Under the pieces are notes generated by a model. That model did no database searches. It saw nothing but the letters and a program-made list of their open reading frames with translations, and was not told the DNA's origin. From Rebecca billardiae RCC1528 (taxonomy: Eukaryota; Protista; Haptophyta), in contig OZ251224.1 in assembly GCA_965240325.2 (NCBI GenBank), forward strand, positions 868,001 to 932,000: 64,000 nt of DNA, given 5' to 3'. Position 1 is the stretch's first letter. Each line of letters starts with the position of its first letter. Positions 54,267 to 64,000 of this stretch are shown here, piece by piece. The position numbers and the translations under genes were made by a program.

Positions 54267-55345
54267 GCTCGCGGGCTGCGCCGTCGATAGACGATAGCTA
54301 GTGGATCCGGACGCCCTCCGAACGCTCAACCCTGGACCCTGCCCGGTCGGGCCGGTTCATGAGCCCCTGGCTGCGCTGGCTGGGGTCTCGCTGCCACAGA
54401 ACCCGCCGTTTTTTGCGGACGAACCTGGCACATCAACTTCACCGTTACCCGAGTGGCTACTGTCTCGGACCGGCTGGCGGCTGTTTGACTCTCTTGGCCT
54501 TGCAGCGTGATCAGCGAGCAGTCCGAGCCGCACGCCGGGGCGGGGGTCGGGGTCGGGGAGTACCGCGCCCCTTCTCCGCGCGGGCTCATCAGCGGCACTC
54601 TCTGATTCTCTCGGCTCCGCGCGGCCGCGGGCACGCGGTGACGGACCGTGTAAGGCGTGAGGCCCCGCGTCAGTCTAGACTCGCCGTCATGTTTATTTAT
54701 CGATTACGTTATTTGTTTACACTTGCAGTGCCTTCGCGGGCTTGCCACCGTGAGGCCGAGCCCCGAGGGGCTCCTCCGCGCGGGTCCACAGACACTCCAC
54801 TCCTGAGGCTCGGGCGTCTCACGAGTCTGACTCTGAGTCACTGAGTGACTGAGTGAGTGGCGGCAGCCACCGTCTCACTCTGCGTCTCTGCGGCCCACTG
54901 CCTGCTGCCAGTCAGAGACGGTGAGACTTGACTACGGGCTGACGGCACTGTGGCACTGGCAGGCGGAGCAGCGATGGCTGCGATGCAGCTATTGATCACT
55001 GATTGTCTGATATCCGACTATTGAGTATTGATCGATGCCTATGGTATTACAGGGCCATCAGGGATGGAACTGCCACGCGACAGGCACGCGCGCCCGTGCG
55101 GGCGCGCCACTCTGGTCCCGGGATCAGCCACAATGTGATACATGCAGCAGTAGCTGAGTTAGGAACTTAGGATCCAAACGACCGGACTCCCTTGCGCGCG
55201 ACGGTCGGTCGCGCCGGTGCCCGGTCGGCAGTGGTCGTGCCTTCGCGCCTTCTCAGCAGTCATTTTAAGTCCCAACCGCTGCTCCGCTGGCGAGTCGCGC
55301 CGTCGCGGCGGCGCTTTGACAAACGCGCGTGCGCTTTCCCGCATC

Positions 55346-56674
55346 ATGGCGCCAGCATGGCAGTGGCAGCTGCGGCACAAGGTGCACCGCCTTGTCGACG
55401 ACCCACGTTCTTACTTCGGTGTGCTGTACGGGAGCATCGCGATCATGTGGCTGGCATTCCTCGTGCGCTGGGCTCTGCACGAGCCCCAAGGGTCTGCGTG
55501 CGAGGGTGCGCCGCAGTGGTGGATCAACACGGGCGGAGCTAACGTGAGCGCGCTGCCGCACGACGTCGAGTTCAGCGAAGGTGCGCCGCGCGCGTCTGCG
55601 TGCGCCGCGTGCTCGCGATGCGCGTGCGGCACATCTCGCGCGCGGCACGCGCCGAACGCGCCCCCCACGCCCCCCGCGCCGCGTGCAGGCAGGCTGCGCT
55701 TCATGAGCATCTGGTCGACGGCGGGCAACTTTTCGGACAAACACATGCGCAGCGTCGAGAGCGTCTTCTTCCACCACCCGAAGGCAAGCTTCCACCTGTA
55801 CTCGAACGAGCTGCCGCACGACGTCCTGGCGCCGCTGGCCCAGCTCGGGTACGACGTGAACGTGCGGCGGTACGACCTGCAGGCACTGCTGGGCGACACG
55901 CCGGCTGCGCCATGGCTGCAGGACCTCGAGCGATGGCAGGCGGGCAAGTACTACTACAGCCACGTGACGGACGTGATGCGGTATGCGCTGCTCTTCAAGG
56001 AAGGCGGCGTCTACATCGACACGGACGTGATCGTCGTGCGCCCGATCGTCGTGAGCACGGCGGCCTCGCCGCCGCCGTCGCCCGCAGCGCGGCAGCACCA
56101 TGATCGCCCTCTGATCGACTCGCTGGGCGGGCCGCCCGAGCCCGCGGCTCCCGCGCCGCTCGCGCCGCACTCGGTCGGCGCCGAGGCGCACGCCGTCGGC
56201 ACGAACACGCCCATCCTCAACGGCGCGGTGATGGTCTTCTCTCGCGGCAGCCCCTTCCTCTGGGCGGCGCTGCGCGACTTTGGGCACACGTACCGCGACT
56301 ACGAGTGGGGCTGGAACGGGCCCGAGCTGCTCACGCGCGTGCGCAAGCGGTGCCCGGCGCACGTGGCCGTGCTGTCCGAGGCGCGCTTCTACCCCTTCCA
56401 CTGGGAGGAGGTGGACATCTTCTCGGGCAGCGACCACGCGCAGCAGCAGAACGACATGTGGCACGTGATCAGCGAGCGCTCGTACACGGCGCACCTGTGG
56501 AACAAGAAGTCGGGTGAGTTCAGCGTGTCCGAGCGCAGCCTGTACTACCGGCTGCTCAACGAGTTCCGCGTGCTCAAGGACGGGGCGCAGGGCGTGCAGA
56601 AGCCGCGCGTCGATGGCAGCACGGCCGACAGCACGGCATCTGCGTCGCGCGAGCCGGTTGGGGCGACCATATGA
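55346..56674 (+). CDS. GT32 alpha-1,4-glycosyltransferase (A4GALT-like); intron 55581-55688
   Basis: Type II TM segment, RSVESVFFHHP, SHVTDVMRYALLFKEGGVYIDTD (DXD), LNGAVM, WGWNGPELLTR, HLWNK. Confidence 0.9.
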   Translation: MAPAWQWQLRHKVHRLVDDPRSYFGVLYGSIAIMWLAFLVRWALHEPQGSACEGAPQWWINTGGANVSALPHDVEFSEGAPRASACAACSRCACGTSRARHAPNAPPTPPAPRAGRLRFMSIWSTAGNFSDKHMRSVESVFFHHPKASFHLYSNELPHDVLAPLAQLGYDVNVRRYDLQALLGDTPAAPWLQDLERWQAGKYYYSHVTDVMRYALLFKEGGVYIDTDVIVVRPIVVSTAASPPPSPAARQHHDRPLIDSLGGPPEPAAPAPLAPHSVGAEAHAVGTNTPILNGAVMVFSRGSPFLWAALRDFGHTYRDYEWGWNGPELLTRVRKRCPAHVAVLSEARFYPFHWEEVDIFSGSDHAQQQNDMWHVISERSYTAHLWNKKSGEFSVSERSLYYRLLNEFRVLKDGAQGVQKPRVDGSTADSTASASREPVGATI

Positions 56675-56699
56675 GACACGCCACACACGAGTCAGTCGA

Positions 56700-56888
56700 C
56701 AGACGTACGCTGACGGTGCCCGGGTGCCGACCGTGCCCACGCGCGCGCGCGCGTTCGAGGAGCGCGCGCTCGACGGGCGAGTGGTTGCCTGGCGCGCCGC
56801 GGAAGAGGCGGGAGACGGCGTTCGCGCTCACGAGGTCAGGGAGCGGCAGGTGCTGCGTGATGCTCTCCACCAGGTCGGTCGGCAACAT
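56700..56888 (-). pseudogene. Isolated F-box-like fragment
   Basis: MLPTDLVESITQHLPLPDLVSANAVSRLFR fits the F-box pattern. The ORF runs into the 3' end of the GT32 gene with no substrate-binding domain. Confidence 0.4.
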
Positions 56889-57666
56889 CGCCACAGAGAT
56901 CAAATAGGGTGAGGACGGTGATGAATGAGGGTGAGGACGCTGCGGACGTGTGGTACCATATCTGGATCGTCGATTAATATTCGAGCAGTAGCCGCCTTAT
57001 ATAATACGTCATCAAATACGATACAAATAATTAAATATTTAATAAACTATACTCGGCGTAGCCGGCAGCCGCGCAGGTGAAGCGGGGGCACTTGGTGTCT
57101 CGGTCTAAGTGGTTCGAGGTTGGGTGAGGGTGGTGGTTGGTTGCCGGGGCTGGCCCACCCTTGGCGGCGGAGGAGGCCAGGAGTCCGGACGCCAAGGCGG
57201 CTGGGTGCGTACCAGCCAGGGGCTGGCCAGGGTAGGGCTCAGTGACTCTCTGGGCTGGAGGCTTCCGGCCGCCCGAGTCTGATCACCCGGAGCCCGTTAT
57301 AAAGGGGAATATATTAATAAAACCACTTGTAGAGGTTGACGGTGATCTCAAGATCTCTGCATGATTAATATTCTTCGTTTCCGTACAGTCTTACCCGAGG
57401 CGGCGGAGGACGGTACCTGAGCGGGTACACCGCGGTATATATCTGGGGGGCGGGCGTACGTGTGTCGATGCAAGGTCGATGCCTCGCCTCGACTTTTTTT
57501 TGATGGGCCCAAAAAAAATTCACATTGTCAGCTTGCATCCGTGCGTCCGCCATCGTTCGCAGGATGCGCCGGCTTATTAGCAAAAGCAGGCAAGCAAGTC
57601 GCATCGTGCTTGGCAGGCTGACGGCTTAGGAACGCTGACAGCGCCAGCCCCAGGCGAACAGCGCCC

Positions 57667-59284
57667 ATGCTTGCGAAAACATGGGGCGTCACGCTCGCAT
57701 CGATGAGCTTTACGTCGGGGGTGCGCGCTGGGCCCACCCTTGCGGTCGCTTTTGCTGGGGACGCAGCGGCGATCGTGCGTGTGCAAACACGTGCCACCCG
57801 CGCACGCGCTGCGCTGCTGCCACAGGCGGTGACAGACATATTCAAGAAGAAGCTGCTGGCGATGGGGCTTCTGCCAGGTGCGCGCGTAGCCCCGTGCATC
57901 CGCACCCTCGCCAGCTGCGCCGCGCCGACCAACGCACTCTGCTCCGGCCACGGTGTGCGCAGTGGAGGTGATCGCCGGCTGGTGCACGTTCGACTTCCTG
58001 ATCCTCGTGACGGCGACGACCCTGTTTGATCCGCTGCCCAACCTCTTTGCCTTCAACGAGGTCCTCTGGCACTCCGTTGTGGCGAGCGCCGCCTTTAGCG
58101 TCACGGGCTCCGTGATGCACGCGCTCGCGATCAAAAAGGTGCGCCACCCACACGGCGGCATGCGCATGCGCCACGCCGCGTGACACAGGCCGACCCCCTC
58201 CTCTTGCACCGCTACTCGCTCTGCTTGCAGGGAGGGCTCGTGTCCGTCCCGTTCCTCTCGTTCAACCCCGCCTTCTCGCTGCTCATCTCCTCGTACCTCA
58301 ACAAGGAGTTCCCCTCGCCGCAGGGCATGTTTGGGGTCTTCATTGTGACGGTCGGCGCTCTCTCGCTGTCGTACGCGATGACGCTGCCAAGAGCCACCGC
58401 GCCACTCACGCCTGGCCGCGGCTCGGCGGGCGCGGGGGGCGGGGGCTCGGGCTTCCTCACGGGCGCGTCCGACGATGGCGTGCACGGCAGCAACGGCGAG
58501 CGCTCGCGCAAGCACGCCAACGGCTCAGCGCACGAGCTCGACCAGCACTCGTCGGACACGCCCACGAAGCGGTTTGGCAAGGGCGCGTACAAGAACGCGC
58601 AGCCCACGCCCGCGGAGGCGCGGAAGGCGTCCATCATCATGACGGCGGTGGGCTTCTGCTGGGCGTGCGCCTCGTGCATCGAGAAGCGTGGGCTCGTCAC
58701 CTCGCACATCCAGCCGGCGCACTTCCTGCTGTGCCAGAAGGTGCGGAGCTGCGGCGCCGCCTCATGGCCCAGGGAAACTCAGCCGGCACTCACGCTGCGC
58801 CGCACGCCACCCTGCCGCGCGCGCCTCGCACGTGCACAGCTATGCATGGCCACCCCAGTGCTGAGCTACGTCCTCTACATCAGACTGCCACAGACAGGCA
58901 GCAGCAAAGCGGAGAAGCGCGAGCTCCCGCAGCACTCGGGCTGCTTCAAGCGCAACTCACTCATGATGCTCTTTGTGTCCGCCTGCCTGGTGCGGCGCGT
59001 GTGGGCGCCGCGCGTATGCGCGCGCCTGCGAGGAGGCGAGCCTGAGCACGCTCCCCACCGCCTCGGCGCCGGCCTGCCGCGCGCAGGATGCGTTCACGGT
59101 TCTGACCTACCTACTCTCGCTCGAGTTGATATACGTCAGCTTTGCGCTCGCTCTCAAGCGCGCAGGCGGCGTGCTGTTGGCTGTGCTCGGTGGCCGCGTG
59201 CTCTTCAAGGAGGTCGTGACACCGTCGGCATGGGCGGCAATCATGGTGATGATTGTCGGCGTGATTCTCATCGTCACAAGCTGA
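57667..59284 (+). CDS. EamA/DMT-family transporter; introns 57721-57825, 57878-57962, 58139-58230, 58741-58839, 58990-59086
   Basis: Two hydrophobic halves: VPFLSFNPAF..LNKEFPS..G, and ALKRAGGVLLAVLGGRVLFKE..IVGVILI. Confidence 0.82.
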
Positions 59285-59506
59285 CCATGGCAGCGATGCG
59301 CAGTCATGCATCGGATGCCCAGCCGTGCTTGTGCAGTCGGCGCCCAGATCCAAGGGTGGCGAGGGAAGGCGGCGGCGGAACCCGAGGGCGAGGGGCGCCC
59401 ATCCGCACAGACCGTGACCGTCCCGGGCGGCAGCCGCTGGGCCCGCTGGCCGCCTGGCCGTGGAGACGATCAGCGTCAGCTGATCGTCTACTCATCTATA
59501 TTGCTA

Positions 59507-59509
<3 letters not shown>

Positions 59510-59571
<62 letters not shown>

Positions 59572-59629
59572 ACTCCGGTGTGTCAGTGTGTGTGTCACAC
59601 TGTGTGTGTGTGTGTGTGTGTGCTGTGTG

Positions 59630-59668
<39 letters not shown>
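59510..59668. repeat. (TA)n followed by (TG)n microsatellites
   Basis: Direct reading. Confidence 0.92.
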
Positions 59669-59674
<6 letters not shown>

Positions 59675-59899
59675 ACTATTTAGTCGATCAGTTCCGTAAT
59701 AAGTCAGCTGATGCCTGATGCCGATGGCTGCGGCGCCTGCGGCTGATCCGTATTCGCGCGGTCCGTAGTCTAATAGTAATATCGCCATCGGATGTGAATT
59801 GTTCCGAGATCGCATCGACCTCTGGTGGCTCGGTCAACAGCGTCAGCTACTAGCAGTACGTGATGAGGCTGTAATACTGAAGCCTTCAGACGACGAGCA

Positions 59900-60895
59900 T
59901 CACGCCAGCGCAAGCTTCTGCGTCATCTGGCATGCAGCCGGCACAACTTCGCCCATCTTCAACTTGCGCCCGCTGTCCAGACGCGACGACTCCGGCGCAC
60001 CAGCCGTGACGCCATCCAGCACGTCCAGCCGCGGACCGTGCGAGTGTGCCGCAGCGCTCTGCGCCTGCAGCCGGCGCACGCGATCCTCGTCCCCCAGGAA
60101 GTACCCGCTTGTCCCTGTCAGCGCGATCACGTTTTCGCTGTCGTCCAGCATCGCGCGTGATGTCACGGGGTGGAGTTCGGAGTCGAACTCGAAGATGACA
60201 GGCGTGGCCTGTGGCAGCTCGAACGTGGACATTCGCTCGTCCGAAAGCCCCTCGATCTCGCGCACCGCACCGCGCAGCATGTTCCCGTGCCCCGCCACCA
60301 GCACCGTCTTCCCTCGGCGCAGCAGAGGGCCGATGCCGTGCCGCCACAGCGGCCGGTAGCGGTTGCACGCGTCGATGAGGCTCTCGGCCGAGGGGCCGTC
60401 CACGCGGCACGAGCGCCGGAGCTCGACCGGCGCGATTCGCGAGCCGAGGCGACTGGCGACCTCGGGCAGCAGCCCCTGCGCCGCCGGCGGCCGCGAGCGC
60501 GGGTTTCGTCGCCAGTCAAAGACGATCTCCTCGCCGTACTGCAGCGCCAAGTCGCGCTTGTTCTCGCCCGTGAGGGCGCCGCAGTGCTGCTCGTTCAGCC
60601 GCCAGCTGCGGATGACGGGGATGTCAGCGTCCAGCTCGCTCAGGACCAGATCGAGAGTCTGACTCGCGCGTCGCAGCCGCGAGCAGAACGCTGTGTCCAC
60701 ACTGATCCCATGAGTGCGCAGAAGCGCGCCCGCGTTCGCCGCCTCGTCCCGCCCACGCAGCGTGAGACCAGGGTCGGCCCAGCCGGTGAATAGGTTGAGA
60801 TCGTTCCATACCGATTGGCCGTGGCGCACGAGGACGAGTCTGCCCGGCGACGTGACAGCCGCAGCCGCCACGAGCGCGTGCAGCGACGTCAACAT
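59900..60895 (-). CDS. Cofactor-dependent phosphoglycerate mutase-like protein (histidine phosphatase branch 1) with N-terminal hydrophobic leader
   Basis: LVLVRHGQSVWNDLNLFTGWAD, SRLRRA, RSWRLNEQHCGALTG, AESL, VAGHGNMLR. Confidence 0.88.
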   Translation of the reverse strand: MLTSLHALVAAAAVTSPGRLVLVRHGQSVWNDLNLFTGWADPGLTLRGRDEAANAGALLRTHGISVDTAFCSRLRRASQTLDLVLSELDADIPVIRSWRLNEQHCGALTGENKRDLALQYGEEIVFDWRRNPRSRPPAAQGLLPEVASRLGSRIAPVELRRSCRVDGPSAESLIDACNRYRPLWRHGIGPLLRRGKTVLVAGHGNMLRGAVREIEGLSDERMSTFELPQATPVIFEFDSELHPVTSRAMLDDSENVIALTGTSGYFLGDEDRVRRLQAQSAAAHSHGPRLDVLDGVTAGAPESSRLDSGRKLKMGEVVPAACQMTQKLALA

Positions 60896-61287
60896 GCCGA
60901 AACCGCGATTCAGGCAGCTTCCTTGGGCTTCTCAGTTGTCGGAGCGTGCCGGCCCGTTGACGTGGCCGCTCCGACCGAACGAACGAGTGGGCCGATTCCC
61001 GCCGGAAATCGGAAATGGCCAATGATCGATTGATCGTCACAATTTCAAATTACGCGTAATTTGGGCCAAGCATTTCGGCATGCCGTGGATTCTCTCCGGA
61101 CGGGAGGACGCACGTCCGGACTTTTGGCGGGCTTGCCCCGTCGCGCTCGTGCCGCGGTCCTGGGCAGGCGCTCGACCTCGCGCTCGACGCAACGCGTGCT
61201 TCGCTAACCGTCGCGCGCTAAAATTTTGGCCGCCGCCGCGCTGGTTCCCACGTCCGCCAGGGCCTGCCCCGCCGCCGATAGCGCGAC

Positions 61288-61728
61288 ATGATGCACGCAG
61301 CGGCGGCTGAAGCGGGCCACGGCTTCCACTGGAGCAGCGATCCGCATCGTCTAGCTACCCTTTATGAACGACACGCACCCCTGCCGTCGTCGCCGCCTCC
61401 CCCAGGCGCTGGAACCCCGGAGTCGGAGCCAAGCGCGCCCAGAGCGTACCAGTCGCCTCATGAGCGGCTGCGGATGGCTCTGCGCATCGGTGACGACCAG
61501 CGCGCTCAGCTCAACAATTTGCTGTGTATTGACGAGACATTTGCAGACCTGGATACATCCTCGGTGAGTCGCATGTCCATTGGGTGCAAAGCGAGTCCGA
61601 CGCATACCGATCCCGACCAACATCAGCACTTGCGAGAGAGCAACGACACCTGGGGCTCGGTCACAAGCTCAGTGATCTCCTGGCGTTCCTCCCTCATCGC
61701 CGCGCAGTCTATGGACGATGATCCCTGA
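61288..61728 (+). CDS. Hypothetical protein
   Basis: 146-aa ATG-initiated ORF divergent from the PGM gene; no recognisable motif. Confidence 0.3.
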   Translation: MMHAAAAEAGHGFHWSSDPHRLATLYERHAPLPSSPPPPGAGTPESEPSAPRAYQSPHERLRMALRIGDDQRAQLNNLLCIDETFADLDTSSVSRMSIGCKASPTHTDPDQHQHLRESNDTWGSVTSSVISWRSSLIAAQSMDDDP

Positions 61729-62991
61729 GACACGTTTGCACATTCATTATTCGGTCGGTACTGTGCCGATTCTGGAGTCACGACGAGCTCTCCCTGCGAC
61801 CAGGACGCGGCCCGCGACTGATAATTCGGCACAGGCCGGCCGCGGCCGCATGCTACTCTGAGTGAGAGTCGTCGCCGTCGCACTCTTGCCACTTGGCTCG
61901 AGCGGCGAGTGCGGCCCGCGTGCTCGCACAGTGATGGATCTTTGCCGTAATCGTCCGGAACGTCACACTGCGGTCTGCAGGTACCGAGAGTCCCGGATCA
62001 ATAGACAACTTATCATTAGTAACAGGCAGCAGGCTTATCAATTATATTATTCGTCTGCTTATTGAATAAGCCGGCCGCGTAATTATACGCTGCCTGCGCA
62101 GATAATGCGGCGTCGGCCGTCGGACGCGGGACGACTGAGTGAGACGAGGCTTGCATGACGAGCCTCCAGCGGGCACCACAGTAGTATCAATCAATAATAA
62201 ATTTTCGGATGATCTAGGCTGTGCAGCGGGTGGCAAAATCACTGGCATGGCCATGATGCACGAACCGTCACCGGCCTGACCGTATTAAATTATCGCGATC
62301 GTCATATAATTAATTATATATCATTTAAGACGACTGGTGAAGATAAACAATTATGATGTGTCAATCAGCTTGGCGACACATGGTGCTTATAATGACGATT
62401 TTAAAATATTTCAATAATAGTAGTCAGCATCATCGGACGGCACTTAGCCATCAGAACGGCGGATTACTAATGCTAATAATGTCATGCAAATCACAATGCA
62501 CCAATGTCCGAATGACACGGACTGCTGAGTCTCTATCTGTAGTACTTGTAACAGTTACACAGTCTAAGCGGCTGGCCCGCAACGGACGGAACTGCTTACT
62601 GTGCCAGTAAATAAAGTAGTACTGTGACGAACTGACTGTACTTAAACTGTAGTAGTTACTGTAACTGGCGCAGGCATTATTACTATAAATACTATTTCGA
62701 TATATTTACATTTATCCATATATATATATCAGTCTGAGCAATAATACCGACCACAATGGTGTTCATTAATTCAACAGCCGCTTCAGACAGACGACTGAGT
62801 GCCATGCCTCACGCTTCCGCGGCGGCTGTCTCATCGATCGCAGTGATGGTCGACGTCGGATGGAGGTTGATCCCGGACGCTGCGCCGGGGCAGCCCGTCC
62901 CCGAGCCGGCGCCGGCCGCACAGTGTCGTGACCAGCTTCTTTATGATCCGCGCCGCGGTCGGCAGGAGTGCGCGATGGCGGCACCGGCGGA

Positions 62992-64000
62992 TTACATGCC
63001 ACCCATCCCGCCCATCCCGCCCATCCCACCGCCGCCGCCTCCGACGACGGACTGCAGCTGCATGATCACGTTCATGATCTCGGGGTCGCCCATGTACTGC
63101 GCCATGTTGGCCGGGTTGGACATGATGTCCTGGATAGCCGCCATCACCTTTGGGTTCTGGAAAGCAGCCATCAGCTGCGGGTTCTCCATCAGCTTCTCCA
63201 TCATGCCAGGTGGGACGCCTGCCAGCAGTACAGAGGGAGGGGGCAGCACGCAGCAAGGGTCGCGCGGTGGACCGGCGTCAGCACTGGGCTGCGGGCATGG
63301 GACGAGCATGCGCCGCAGGTGGCGGGGACGGGCGGTGGCGCTCACCTGGCATCCCGCCCATGCCCGGCATCCCGCCCATGCCCGGCATGCCGCCCATGCC
63401 CGGCATGCCGCCCATGCCCGGCATGCCGCCCATGCCCGGCATGCCGCCCATGCCCGGCATACCACCGGGGAATCCACCACCACCACCCGACGACGACGAG
63501 CCTGCGCTGCGCTTGGCCTGCTCCTCGCGCCACTTCTTGTCACGCGCAGCGCGCTTCTGCTTGCGCACGTGCAGCTGCTGCACCTTGCCGCCGACAAACT
63601 TGTTGACCGCCTCGGTGTCCTCGTCGAAGTCGATGCGCTGGCCAGCCGCAAGATCCGACTGCGCGAGCTCCCACTCGCCCAGCATGCGATAGGCCTTCCC
63701 TCGGCACTTGAGCGCAGTGGCGGAGTCGGCGTTGAGCGCAAGGGCCGCGTTGCAGTCACGGATCGCAGCGTTCGGCTTCTTCAGCTTGGCGAAGATGGCG
63801 CCACGCTTGGCATAGGCGAGCGCTGATGGCGCGAGCTTGATCACCTCGGTGTACTTAGCGATCGCGCCGTCGAGATCGCCGGCCTCGAGCAGCTCCACGG
63901 CCTGCATCTTGAAGGGCATGGACTGGTCGCGCATCTCGTCAGTCACCTCGACGCTCGGATCGCCCATCTCCGCGGGCTCGTCCTCGTCGGGCTCGACGCG
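62992..64000 (-). CDS. ST13: Hsp70-interacting protein HIP (5'-truncated by window end); intron 63345-63219
   Basis: MGDPSVEVTDE, three TPRs (KKPNAAIRDC), GGMP repeats, and STI1 domain NPQLMAAFQNPKVMAAIQDIMSNPANM. Confidence 0.92.
63347..63462 (-). repeat. 18-bp coding tandem repeat (GMGGMP)
   Basis: About 6 units of gcccatgcccggcatgcc. Confidence 0.85.

Noticed and set aside
25503-56740. Long antisense and alternate-frame ORFs over real genes (e.g. 25503-26930, 33595-35316, 48073-50130, 55265-56740)
   Set aside because: Shadow ORFs expected from high GC3 codon usage; Arg/Ala-rich with no motifs.
57055-57300. SRP or telomerase RNA candidate
   Set aside because: No SRP helix-8 motif and no clear telomere template on either strand.

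Overview
GC-rich eukaryotic DNA. Genes are compact and carry short GT-AG introns (70-220 bp, many with a GTGCGC-type donor). Gene content (LAMTOR3, SF-assemblin-like, vanadium haloperoxidase) suggests a flagellated alga or protist, and a haptophyte is my inference only. Bases 1-25.2 kb are a tandem segmental duplication of an ~8.1 kb unit carrying a membrane-anchored subtilisin. The copies differ in three ways that reveal recent events: (i) a 6.6 kb non-coding foldback element with a 6-bp target-site duplication (TSD) and inverted 214-bp satellite arrays, present in copy 1 only; (ii) a 471-bp domain indel in the protease; (iii) a ~700-bp TG..CA element inserted in a (TA)n tract, absent from the third partial copy. 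Bases 25.5-64 kb are gene-dense: bacterial-type N6/N4 DNA methyltransferase fused to an AP2 domain, ABCG transporter, prefoldin 4, an atypical MUS81-like nuclease, a second foldback element (1.9 kb, 7-bp TSD, P-like ends) in a bidirectional promoter, DUF1664-like gene, LAMTOR3/cyclin H head-to-head, dolichol kinase, vanadium haloperoxidase, PLP class-V enzyme, PhyH-like dioxygenase, SF-assemblin-like gene, GT32 glycosyltransferase, EamA transporter, phosphoglycerate mutase and a 5'-truncated HIP/ST13. All calls come from manual motif recognition; no database searches were run.
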